From: Candidatus Limnocylindria bacterium
Lineage (GTDB): Bacteria > Chloroflexota > Limnocylindria > QHBO01
Assembly (NCBI GenBank): GCA_036004845.1
Contig: DASYRA010000026.1
Location: forward strand, 4,477 to 68,476
Length of the DNA: 64,000 nt
Direction of reading: 5' to 3'
A program made the translations under genes and the position numbers. Below, piece by piece: positions 31,505 to 39,927 of the stretch. Each line of letters begins with the position of its first letter. Within the stretch, counting starts at the first letter, position 1. Under the pieces are notes generated by a model. That model was not told the DNA's origin and searched no databases. It saw only the letters and a program-made list of their open reading frames with translations.

Positions 31505-32062
31505 GTGATCATCAAGACCGAGCGCCGGACCAGCACGGACCGGCGCCAGGTGGCCGACCCCTTCGCTCCGGAGCGCCCGACCAGCGAGCGGCGCACCATG
31601 TGCTGGGAGGTCGAGAACTGCACCCTCACCATCCGCTACCGCTGCCCGGCCTTCATCCTGCGGCGCCCGTGCTGGGAGCTGTGGGCGGTGGATGGCGTTG
31701 GTCCCGCGCGCGCCTGCTGCCACAACGAGATCGACTGCGAGCCCGGTCGCTGCGCCATCGCCGAGAAGCGCTTCGCGGGGACGGCGGAGCCACTCACCGT
31801 GCACGTCGGCCGCCGCGGCGTGCCCCTTGGCTACGCGAAGCCGCGCCGCCACTCCTGTCCGCACTTCTACCTGACCCATGGGGCGAAGGGTCGCGTCGGC
31901 ACCGACTCGCCGGGCGTGCTGCGGATGCTCATGAAGCAGGAGGGGGTGGTGAACCGATGCGAGCTGCGCGGCGGTGTCCACCTGGACGCGAGCTACGTGA
32001 GCGACCTGTGCATGACCGGCCAGTACCACGACTGCGTCTTCTACGAGGACGAGGGAGCCTGA
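31505..32062 (+). CDS. Cys-rich hypothetical protein with two-CW-like N-terminal domain
   Basis: 185 aa with strong GC3 bias. Contains CWEVENC-x7-CP-x8-CWELW followed by CCHNEIDCEPGRC and four further Cys. I know no enzymatic family for it. Confidence 0.6.
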   Translation: MIIKTERRTSTDRRQVADPFAPERPTSERRTMCWEVENCTLTIRYRCPAFILRRPCWELWAVDGVGPARACCHNEIDCEPGRCAIAEKRFAGTAEPLTVHVGRRGVPLGYAKPRRHSCPHFYLTHGAKGRVGTDSPGVLRMLMKQEGVVNRCELRGGVHLDASYVSDLCMTGQYHDCVFYEDEGA

Positions 32063-33405
32063 CGCCCGGCGCGCTCGACTACGACGCGGCGGTGGCGGCC
32101 CTGCGCAGCCGGGGTCGCTTCGGGATCAGTCTGGGCCTGGCGCGGATCGAGGCACTCCTCGACGAGCTCGACCACCCCGAGCGCCGCCTGCACGGGGCTC
32201 TGGTGGCCGGCACGAACGGGAAGGGCAGCGTGGTGGCCCTGGCGCGATCCGCGCTCCAGGCTGCGGGTCTCCGGATCGGCACCATGCCGAAGCCGCACCT
32301 GGTCAGCTATCGGGAGCGCATCGCCATCGATGGGCGGTCGATCAGCCGCGAGCGCTTCGCTGCGAGGCTGGCCGCGGTCACCCCCGCGATCGAGCGTGTC
32401 ACCCAGCGCCTCGGGCCGCCGACCGAATTCGAGGCGCTGACCGCCGCCGCCTTCGCGGAGCTGGCCGGCGCCCGGATCGACCTGGCGCTGGTGGAGGTGG
32501 GGCTGGGCGGCCGGCTGGATGCCACCAATGTCCTGGACGCCGGCGTGGCGGTGGTCACCAACGTCCAGCACGATCACGAGCGGCTGCTGGGTTCGACGCT
32601 GGCCGCCATCGGTGCCGAGAAGGCCGCGATCATCAAGCCGGGCAACCTCGCCGTCACCGGGGCAGGCGGGAGGGGCCTGGCCCCGATCCTGGCGCGCTGC
32701 TCGGAGGTGGGCGCTCCGCTGCGGCGGGCGGGACGCGGGCAGCCGTATGACGCCACCCTCCGGGACGCGGGCTGGGACGGGATCGTGGTCGATGCGGCAC
32801 GGCCCGGCGGCCAGCTGGCCGATCTGCGGATCGGCCTGCTCGGGAGCCACCAGGCCGCCAACGCCGCCGTCGCCCTGGCGCTCCTCGATGCGGTGGTCGA
32901 GGACGCCGGCCGGCGCGGCACGCCCCTCGACCTCGACGAAGGGGCGATTCGAGGAGGCTTCGCGACGGCCCGCTGGCCGGGCCGTCTCGAGCTGCTGCGC
33001 GAAACGGTGGTCGGGCCGGTGCTCCTCGACGGTGCGCATAACCCCGCCGGCGCACGCGCCCTGGCTCGCGCCCTGGGCGAGCTCGGGATGCGCCGCTTTC
33101 CCCTCGTCTTCGGTGCGATGCGTGGCAAGCGAGTGGCGGCGGTGCTGCGCGCCTTGGCACCGCTCGAGCCGCGGCCGATCTTCACGCGCGTGGACGACCC
33201 CGGTGCCATCTCCCCGGATGAGCTGCTCAAGCGCTGGCGGCGGGCCGGTGCGAGTCGGGGACGGACCGTGCACACGCCCGAGGCTGCGCTCCGCCAGGCG
33301 GCTGCTCTGCGCTCCGAGCCGGGGCAGCCGGTCGTGGTCGCCGGGTCGCTCTACCTGGTCGGCGCGGTGCGTGGGATCCTCCGCGGCGAGGAGGCGGACC
33401 GGTGA
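32008..33405 (+). CDS. folC: bifunctional folylpolyglutamate synthase / dihydrofolate synthase
   Basis: LVAGTNGKGS P-loop, then EVGLGGRLDATNV and NVQHDHE motifs. The start is uncertain: GTG 32008, ATG 31957, or CTG 32059 in a CTGA overlap. Track start 31600 is clearly too far upstream. Confidence 0.85.
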   Translation: MHDRPVPRLRLLRGRGSLTPGALDYDAAVAALRSRGRFGISLGLARIEALLDELDHPERRLHGALVAGTNGKGSVVALARSALQAAGLRIGTMPKPHLVSYRERIAIDGRSISRERFAARLAAVTPAIERVTQRLGPPTEFEALTAAAFAELAGARIDLALVEVGLGGRLDATNVLDAGVAVVTNVQHDHERLLGSTLAAIGAEKAAIIKPGNLAVTGAGGRGLAPILARCSEVGAPLRRAGRGQPYDATLRDAGWDGIVVDAARPGGQLADLRIGLLGSHQAANAAVALALLDAVVEDAGRRGTPLDLDEGAIRGGFATARWPGRLELLRETVVGPVLLDGAHNPAGARALARALGELGMRRFPLVFGAMRGKRVAAVLRALAPLEPRPIFTRVDDPGAISPDELLKRWRRAGASRGRTVHTPEAALRQAAALRSEPGQPVVVAGSLYLVGAVRGILRGEEADR

Positions 33406-34256
33406 TCGACCTGGAATGGGGTGAACGGACCTGGGTGATGGGCATCATCAACCTCACGCCCGACTCGTTCAGCGGCGACGGTCTCGCGACCCCGGGGCGC
33501 AGCGAGGAGGAGATCGTGCGTGCTGCGCTCGACCAGGCGCGTGGCTTCGTCGCCGCCGGGGCGCAGCTCCTCGACGTAGGCGCCGAGTCCTCCCGGCCGG
33601 CGCAGTTCTACGGCGATCATCCGACGGTGTCGGCGGCCGACGAGGCCGCCCTGGCGGTGCCGGTCGTGGCCGCCCTGGCGGCGGAGCTCGGCGACCGCGC
33701 CCGGGTGAGCATCGACACGACCAAGGGATCGGTCGCTCGCGCGGCCCTGGCGGCCGGCGCCACGGTGGTCAATGACGTCTGGGCCGGCCGCGGCGACCCG
33801 GAGACGGTGGCCGCCGCGGCAGAGGCCGGGGCGCACCTGGTCCTTATGCACAACCGGGAGCTTGCCGAGTACCCGGCCGGCGTCTTCGACGAGGTCGTCT
33901 CCTGGCTGCGTGCCGCCATCGAGGATGCCGTCGCCGGCGGTGTCCCGCGCGAGCGCCTGATCGTCGACCCGGGGATCGGCTTTGGCAAGACGCCCGCCCA
34001 TTCGATCGAGATCCTGCATCGCCTCGCGGAGCTCAAAGCCGCGCTGGGAGGCCTCCCGCTGCTGGTCGGCACGAGCCGCAAGCGGGTCATCGGTGAGCTC
34101 CTCGGCGGCGCCGCGCCGGACGAGCGGCTGGATGGAACCGCCGCCAGCGTTGCCCTGGCCATCGCCGCCGGGGCCGACATCGTGCGCGTCCATGACGTGG
34201 CGGCGATCATGAAGACGGTCAGGGTGTCGGACGGAATCGCGAGGTGGCGACCATGA
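33402..34256 (+). CDS. folP: dihydropteroate synthase
   Basis: VMGIINLTPDSFSGDG, DVGAES and VNDVW motifs. GTGA overlap with folC. Confidence 0.95.
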   Translation: MIDLEWGERTWVMGIINLTPDSFSGDGLATPGRSEEEIVRAALDQARGFVAAGAQLLDVGAESSRPAQFYGDHPTVSAADEAALAVPVVAALAAELGDRARVSIDTTKGSVARAALAAGATVVNDVWAGRGDPETVAAAAEAGAHLVLMHNRELAEYPAGVFDEVVSWLRAAIEDAVAGGVPRERLIVDPGIGFGKTPAHSIEILHRLAELKAALGGLPLLVGTSRKRVIGELLGGAAPDERLDGTAASVALAIAAGADIVRVHDVAAIMKTVRVSDGIARWRP

Positions 34257-34618
34257 GCGACCGCATCACGCTGCGGGGGATGCAGTTCACGGGCCGCCAC
34301 GGCGTGTCAGCCGAGGAGCGGGCGGACTCCCAGCCGTTCGAGGTCGACCTGGTGCTGCGCCTCGACCTGTCCCGACCGGCGAAGACCGATGAGCTCTCCG
34401 ATACGATCAACTACGCATCCCTCTTCGAGCTGACGCGTGAAGTCGTGGAGCGGCGATCGTTCAAGCTGCTCGAGGCGTTGGCAGCCGCAGTCGCCGATGC
34501 CGTCCTCGCCGCCCACCCGGTCGACGACGTGGAGGTGCGCGTCCGAAAGCCAAGGGCCCCGTTGCCCGGGGCCCTTGAGGCGGTCGAGGTGCGGATCCGC
34601 CGCACGCGCAGCGGCTAG
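34253..34618 (+). CDS. folB: dihydroneopterin aldolase
   Basis: ITLRGMQFTGRHGVSAEER and TINYA motifs. ATG 34253 overlaps the folP stop (ATGA). Confidence 0.9.
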   Translation: MSDRITLRGMQFTGRHGVSAEERADSQPFEVDLVLRLDLSRPAKTDELSDTINYASLFELTREVVERRSFKLLEALAAAVADAVLAAHPVDDVEVRVRKPRAPLPGALEAVEVRIRRTRSG

Positions 34619-35880
34619 GGTGTTGTTGCGGGGAGGGTCCCCAGCGTCAGCGTGATCTCCAGGGTCTCGCCGTCACGGACGACGCTGAGGCTGACGCTGT
34701 CTCCGGGTACATGCGGCAGGATGCGGGTCGAGAGGTCATGGTCTTCGTCGACGGCGTCGCCATCGACCGCAACCACGATGTCACCCTCGAGCAGGCCGGC
34801 CTCGGCCGCCGGGCTGCCCGGGAAGATGGCCGGCGCGCCGCTGGCGGGCTTGTCGATGAGCACGCCGTGGTCGACGGACAGGCCGAGGTCCTTGGCGACC
34901 TGCTTGTCGACGAGCTTGTAGTAGACGCCGATCCAGGGCCGGGCGATCGGCTTTCCGGCCAGCGCCAGCTCGGCGATCGGCCGCGCGACGCTGATCGGAA
35001 TCGCAAAGCCGATCCCCTGCGCGTCCTGGTTGACGGCGGTGTTGATGCCGATCACCTGCCCCGCGCTGTTGATCAGTGGCCCGCCCGAGTTGCCGGGATT
35101 GATCGCGGCATCGGTCTGGATCAGGTTGTTCAGCTGCTCCGATGTGGTGCCGGTGGAGTCACCGGCCTGGATCTGGCGACCCAGCCCAGAGACGACGCCG
35201 GTGGTGACCGTGTTCTCGAAGTTCCCCAGGGGGTTGCCGATGGCGATCGCCAGCTGACCCAGCTGCAGCTCCTCGCTCGACCCCAAGGAGGCGACGGGGA
35301 GGCCGGTCGCGTCGATCTTGACGATGGCCAGGTCGGTCAGCGTATCGATGCCGTAGACACGCCCGGTGAAGACGCGACTGTCGTTCAGCTGCACGCTGAT
35401 CTCGTCGGCGCCGGCGACCACGTGCTTGTTGGTCAGGATCCAGCCATTCGAATCGAAGATGAACCCGGAGCCGGTCCCATTCGCGCCACCCAGGACGCCG
35501 CCGTTGCTGCGGGACTCGATGACGACCACCGCTGGCATGACCCGGGCCACGGCGGTGATCACGGCGCTCGACTCGTCGATGTGCACCTGGCTCACGGCGC
35601 TGCCGGTCGGCTCGTTCGACAGGCCGCTGGAGCCGGGCCGCAGCAGGTTCGCCACCGCCGCCGCCGAGAGTGAGCCGGAGACGATCGCCGTCACCAGCGC
35701 GATCGTCATCACCGGGGCGACGCCGAGGCTGCGCCCCTCCCGGGTTGGTCTCTGGTTTGGGGCCGCAGCGGACCAGGCGGGGGTGTCCCAGGTCGCGCGG
35801 GTCGGCTGGCTGGGGGGAGGTCCGTAGCGCTGGACCTCGGGTTCAGGGGGCTGGGCGGCGGTATCGTCGCGTTCGGTCAT
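34615..35880 (-). CDS. htrA: HtrA/DegP-family serine protease with TM anchor and PDZ domain
   Basis: Trimmed to ATG 35880 (MTERDD...). TM segment MTIALVTAIVSGSLSAAAV, TNKHV (His), NPGNSGGPL (Ser), and a C-terminal PDZ domain. Confidence 0.9.
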   Translation of the reverse strand: MTERDDTAAQPPEPEVQRYGPPPSQPTRATWDTPAWSAAAPNQRPTREGRSLGVAPVMTIALVTAIVSGSLSAAAVANLLRPGSSGLSNEPTGSAVSQVHIDESSAVITAVARVMPAVVVIESRSNGGVLGGANGTGSGFIFDSNGWILTNKHVVAGADEISVQLNDSRVFTGRVYGIDTLTDLAIVKIDATGLPVASLGSSEELQLGQLAIAIGNPLGNFENTVTTGVVSGLGRQIQAGDSTGTTSEQLNNLIQTDAAINPGNSGGPLINSAGQVIGINTAVNQDAQGIGFAIPISVARPIAELALAGKPIARPWIGVYYKLVDKQVAKDLGLSVDHGVLIDKPASGAPAIFPGSPAAEAGLLEGDIVVAVDGDAVDEDHDLSTRILPHVPGDSVSLSVVRDGETLEITLTLGTLPATTP

Positions 35881-35884
35881 CGGT

Positions 35885-35933
35885 CGATCGTGCTCACTGC
35901 TGTCGCGTCTGGGGCGTCGCAGCGATCGTGCTC
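35885..35933 (-). repeat. perfect 11-bp direct repeat GAGCACGATCG x2 (38-nt period) upstream of htrA
   Basis: Plus-strand cgatcgtgctc at 35885-35895 and 35923-35933. The proximal copy ends 4 nt before the htrA ATG and contains CACGAT, 6 nt from the start. Confidence 0.7.
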
Positions 35934-35971
35934 CGGCTGCGTTGCGAGCGTGCGCAGTGACCGGTGAAGTT

Positions 35972-37474
35972 TCATTGACCTGGCAGGGCCGGTGCGCCGC
36001 GCGGCAGGCGCACCGTGAATGCCGATCCTTCGCCGATCTTACTGGCGACCTCGATCTGGCCGCCGTGCATCTCGACGATCGACCGCGCGATGGCGAGCCC
36101 CAGCCCGCTGCCGGAGGCGCGTGCCTCGCCGACGTTGGTGCCACGGAAGAAGCGCTCGAAGATGTGCGGCAGCTCAGCTGCCAGGATTCCCGGCCCGGAG
36201 TCGCGCACCTCGAGCGCAGCTCCTTCCGGCGCGTCGGTCAGCTGGACGCTCACCTGGCCACCGCGCGGCGTGAACTTCAGCCCATTGCCGACCAGGTTGC
36301 TCAGCAGCTGCACGATCCGCTCGCGATCGAAGCGCAGCATGACCGGCGCCGGCGGGACCTCGCTGATCAGCGACACGCCACGCTGCTCGGCTAGCTCCGC
36401 ATGGGCCTCGACCACGGATCGGATCGGGTCGCGCAGGTCGCCCGACCGCACGTCGAGCGGGAAGATGCCCGCATCGATCCGGGAGAGATCGAGCAGGTTC
36501 GTGCTCATCCAGTCGAGCCGGCTGATCTGCTCGCTGGACCGATCCAGGAACTCGCGGCGCGTCGCGTCATCGACCTGCCCGTCGCGCTGCAGCTCGGTGA
36601 AGGCGCGCAGCGCAGCGATCGGTGTGCGGAGTTCGTGCGAGACATCGGCAACGAACTCGCGCAGCTGATCCCGATCCGCCTCGAGCATCCGCAGCGACTC
36701 GGACAGCCGATCCGCCATCACGTTGAACTGTCGCGCCAGGTCGTCGATCTCGAGGATGTCGGACCGTGGCGCTCGCTCGTCCAGCTGCCCCTGCGCCAGG
36801 CGGCTGGCAGCGCGACGCAATCGAGCGAGCGGCGTCGTCAGCCGTCGTGCGACGAGCGCCCCAACGACCATCGATACGACCAGGGCGATCAGACCGGTGA
36901 ACAGGAGCGTCCCGCGAACGCTGTCGAGCGTGACGAGTCGGGTCGTGTACGGCTGGGAGACGACGATCGTGAAGGTGATCGATCCGGAGATCCCGGGCAG
37001 GTCGCGCAGGGTCGTTTGCCAGCCCTGGTTGGCCACCTCCGGATCCGGTCGGAGCCCCTGTGAGCGAAACTCGGCATCGGCCTCGTCATCGGGCGAAGCG
37101 CTGGCCGCAAGCGAGCCGTCCGGGTTGAAGATCGACACGGTCCCCTGGGCGAGGGTATTGGCGGCCGTCTGCGCCACAGGGAGCAGGAACTGCGTATTGC
37201 GCAGCTCGGGGGTGAGGAGCACGTTCGGCGGCGTCGTCGTGGCCCTGTCGATCATGAGGAGTCCTGTCGCCTGTGCCGCGACGAAGGCCCGGGTCTCCGC
37301 TTGGCTCACGAACAGCCCGGGCAGGATCTGGTTCAGGGTCGCGCCGGAGACAAGCAGCGCGACCAGCGCCACGCTGGCCAGGGCGATCACGAGTCGCACG
37401 TTCAGACGCTGCATCAGCCCAAGGGAGCTCCCCCACCGCGGAGTTGGCGGTGGGTCAGTCTTCGCTGAATGCAT
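35972..37474 (-). CDS. sensor histidine kinase (2 TM, HAMP, HisKA, HATPase_c; MprB/CssS-like by context)
   Basis: H-box SHELRTPIAAL, N-box LLSNLVGNGLKF, and the GSGLGLAIA G2 box. Adjacent to htrA and an OmpR-type regulator. Confidence 0.9.
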   Translation of the reverse strand: MHSAKTDPPPTPRWGSSLGLMQRLNVRLVIALASVALVALLVSGATLNQILPGLFVSQAETRAFVAAQATGLLMIDRATTTPPNVLLTPELRNTQFLLPVAQTAANTLAQGTVSIFNPDGSLAASASPDDEADAEFRSQGLRPDPEVANQGWQTTLRDLPGISGSITFTIVVSQPYTTRLVTLDSVRGTLLFTGLIALVVSMVVGALVARRLTTPLARLRRAASRLAQGQLDERAPRSDILEIDDLARQFNVMADRLSESLRMLEADRDQLREFVADVSHELRTPIAALRAFTELQRDGQVDDATRREFLDRSSEQISRLDWMSTNLLDLSRIDAGIFPLDVRSGDLRDPIRSVVEAHAELAEQRGVSLISEVPPAPVMLRFDRERIVQLLSNLVGNGLKFTPRGGQVSVQLTDAPEGAALEVRDSGPGILAAELPHIFERFFRGTNVGEARASGSGLGLAIARSIVEMHGGQIEVASKIGEGSAFTVRLPRGAPALPGQ

Positions 37475-38150
37475 ACCCGACGCCCCTCACCGTCTTGATG
37501 AAGCGCGGTTGGGCGGGGTCCGGCTCGATCTTGTCGCGAATATGGCTGATGTGGACGTTGATCGTGCGCTCGTCGGCCTCCAGCGCTTCGTAGTCGCGCA
37601 CCAGCTCGAGCAGCTGCGTTCGGGTGTAGACCCGTCCAGGCTTGGTGGCCATGTGGCGCAGGAGGTCGAACTCGGTGGTCGTCAGGCTGATGCGCTGGTC
37701 GCCGCGGGTCACCCGCCGCCGCTCGAGGTCGATCACCAGGTCTCCCCGACGAAGCGTGCGGCCCGTCTGGGTGTCGGCCAGCTCGCCATAGGCGCGCCGC
37801 AGCAGCGCCTTGATACGGCTCACCAGCTCACGGACGCTGAACGGCTTGACGAGGTAGTCATCGGCGCCGATCTCGAGGCCGACCACCTTGTCCACCTCAT
37901 CGGCCCGGGCCGTCAGGAAGAGGACCGGGGCGCGCGTCTCGCGGCGCAGCTGGCGGCAGACCTCGAAGCCGTCCATGCCGGGCAGCCGCACGTCGAGCAG
38001 GACCAGGTCCGGGGCGATGTCGGAGAACCGCTTCAGCGCCTCCTCGCCGGTCCCGACGATGGCGGTGCTGTAGCCCTCGCGCTCGAGGGCAACCTGCACG
38101 CCCCGCGCGACGGCGGGCTCATCCTCGACGATCATGATCGTGCCGGCCAT
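37455..38150 (-). CDS. OmpR/PhoB-family response regulator (MprA/CssR-like by context)
   Basis: Trimmed to ATG 38150 (MAGTIMIVEDEP). DLVLLDVRLPGMDG receiver domain and a C-terminal winged helix (LTTTEFDLLRHMATKPGRVYTRTQLLE). Confidence 0.9.
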   Translation of the reverse strand: MAGTIMIVEDEPAVARGVQVALEREGYSTAIVGTGEEALKRFSDIAPDLVLLDVRLPGMDGFEVCRQLRRETRAPVLFLTARADEVDKVVGLEIGADDYLVKPFSVRELVSRIKALLRRAYGELADTQTGRTLRRGDLVIDLERRRVTRGDQRISLTTTEFDLLRHMATKPGRVYTRTQLLELVRDYEALEADERTINVHISHIRDKIEPDPAQPRFIKTVRGVGYAFSED

Positions 38151-38160
38151 TCGGCCGCTG

Positions 38161-38166
38161 ATTCTA
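38161..38166 (-). promoter_or_regulatory. candidate -10 element (TAGAAT) 10 nt upstream of the response-regulator ATG
   Basis: Minus strand reads cggtcTAGAATcagcggccgaATG. Confidence 0.35.
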
Positions 38167-38244
38167 GACCGATGCCCGACAACGTCCCACGGCAGTCCTC
38201 GCTGTGCCGGGCGCACCTGGGAAGCGCAGTACCATCTGCCGGCG

Positions 38245-38886
38245 ATGAGCACACCCACCCAGACCGATGCATCGGCGAGCGAGGGGTATCTCCTGCTGGC
38301 CGATATCTCGGGCTACACCGGCTTCCTCACCAGCGTCGAGCAGGCGCATGACGTTGACTTCAGCGGAGGCATCCCGGCGGGGTACACCGTGCTCGGCGAG
38401 CTGCTGGACAGCGTGGTGGAGGGCGTCGAACCCGAGTTCGGGGTCGCCAAGCTGGAAGGCGATGCGGTCTTTGCCACCGCGCCCGCCGAAGCGCTCGATG
38501 GGCACGGCGACGCCGTCGTCAGCCACCTGCGGGACGTCCACCGCGCATTCCGGGCGCGGAGGACAGAGGCAAAGACCGCCCAGGATCATATGTGCACGGC
38601 CTGTCCGGTCGTCGGCAGCCTCGACCTGAAAATGGTCCTGCACCGAGGCAGGGTGGTGCGGCAGACGGTCGGATCCCGAACGGAGATCCTCGGTCCAGCG
38701 GTCAACGTCGCGCATCGGCTCCTGAAGAACTCGATCCAGGCGCGCATCGGCGCCCGCCCGTATCTGTTCGTGACCGATGCAGCCGCAACCGGGCTGGGGC
38801 TCATGCGGGCCGGACTGGAGCACCGCGAGGAGTACGCCGACGTGGGATCAATTCGAGGTCGCATCGTCGACCTGACCGAGGGCTAG
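38245..38886 (+). CDS. DUF2652-like protein (nucleotide-cyclase-like fold, unknown function)
   Basis: ATG 38245. GYLLLADISGYTGFL and AKLEGDAVFA motifs as recalled for DUF2652. TACCAT lies 9 nt upstream of the ATG. Confidence 0.6.
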   Translation: MSTPTQTDASASEGYLLLADISGYTGFLTSVEQAHDVDFSGGIPAGYTVLGELLDSVVEGVEPEFGVAKLEGDAVFATAPAEALDGHGDAVVSHLRDVHRAFRARRTEAKTAQDHMCTACPVVGSLDLKMVLHRGRVVRQTVGSRTEILGPAVNVAHRLLKNSIQARIGARPYLFVTDAAATGLGLMRAGLEHREEYADVGSIRGRIVDLTEG

Positions 38887-38916
38887 CCTCTTCCGCTTGC
38901 CGCTCTCCCGCGCCGC

Positions 38917-38925
38917 TGCTACGAT
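38917..38925 (+). promoter_or_regulatory. candidate promoter for rplY: TTGCCG-17-TACGAT with TG extension (TGCTACGAT)
   Basis: TTGCCG at 38897-38902, a 17-nt spacer, and TGCTACGAT at 38917-38925. Confidence 0.5.
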
Positions 38926-38999
38926 CCCGCGGCACCCAAGCAGTCGTCCCAACCGTCCGGCCGTGCCCGGGCCGAGCCATTCGAGGATCAGCCGCACCG

Positions 39000-39683
39000 A
39001 TGGACCTGGAGATCGCCGTCAACGCCCGCGAGGTGTACGGCAAGCAGAACAAGCGCCTGCGCACCACCGGCGTGGTGCCCGGCGTCCTGTTCGGCAAGAC
39101 GACCGGCTCGATCCCGGTTCAGCTCGATGCCAAGGCGCTCGACGCCCTCTATCGCCAGGCCGGTCGCACCAGCGTGGTCAAGGTCGCCGTCGATGGCGGC
39201 CAGCCGACGAGCGCGATCATCAAGAGCATCCAGCGCAACCCGCTGACCGGCAGGGCGCTGCATGTGGACTTCTTCGCGGTCGACCTGACGCACGAGATGC
39301 TCGCCGATATCCCGCTCTCGTTCACCGGCACCTCGCACGCGGTCGAGATGGAGGGGGCCATCCTCTTCACCTCGCTCGACCACCTCAAGGTCCGCGGCCT
39401 CCCTGGCGACCTGCCCCACGAGATCGAGGTTGACCTCGCCCCGCTGGTCGACCTCGAGGCAACCATCCACGTTCGCGACCTGGTAGTCGACGCCAAGGTG
39501 ACCGTCGTCAACGATCCCGACGAGCTGGTCGCCAAGGTCACCCCGCCGCGCGAGGAGGAAGTGATCGAGCCGGTCGTCGTCGAGGGCGAGGAAGGCGAGG
39601 AGGCTGCCGAGGGCGAGGAGGGTGCCGAGGGCGCGGGCGCGGGCGAGGGCGCCACCGCTGCCGAAGAGGGCGACGAGAGCTAG
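39000..39683 (+). CDS. rplY: 50S ribosomal protein L25 / general stress protein Ctc, with acidic C-terminal tail
   Basis: ATG 39000, in frame in track ORF 38592..39683. REVYGKQNKRLRTTGVVPGVLFG and RNPLTGRALHVDF are typical of L25/Ctc. Glu/Gly/Ala-rich tail. Confidence 0.9.
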   Translation: MDLEIAVNAREVYGKQNKRLRTTGVVPGVLFGKTTGSIPVQLDAKALDALYRQAGRTSVVKVAVDGGQPTSAIIKSIQRNPLTGRALHVDFFAVDLTHEMLADIPLSFTGTSHAVEMEGAILFTSLDHLKVRGLPGDLPHEIEVDLAPLVDLEATIHVRDLVVDAKVTVVNDPDELVAKVTPPREEEVIEPVVVEGEEGEEAAEGEEGAEGAGAGEGATAAEEGDES

Positions 39684-39927
39684 TCGCTCGGGCCCCCTTC
39701 GGGCCTTCGCAAATCAGCCCTTCCCGCGCGACTTGCGCATGGCTATAGTCGCTGCGTCCGGCTCGCGACGAGCGCTCCCACGGTTCGGCGCGTCACGTCG
39801 CGCTCGCATCAGGAAGGAGGCGACCCGCAGCCCGGCATCCCATGCGCCCATCGCGTGACCTGACCTTCGCCCGCGCAGAGCCTGGCCGCCACGCACGCGG
39901 CACCGTCCCCAGGAGGAGAGGTTCCAC

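Noticed and set aside
39690-39706. Short hairpin GGCCC-CCTTC-GGGCC after rplY, considered as a terminator.
   Set aside because: It has only 5-6 bp and no U-tract, which is too weak to call.
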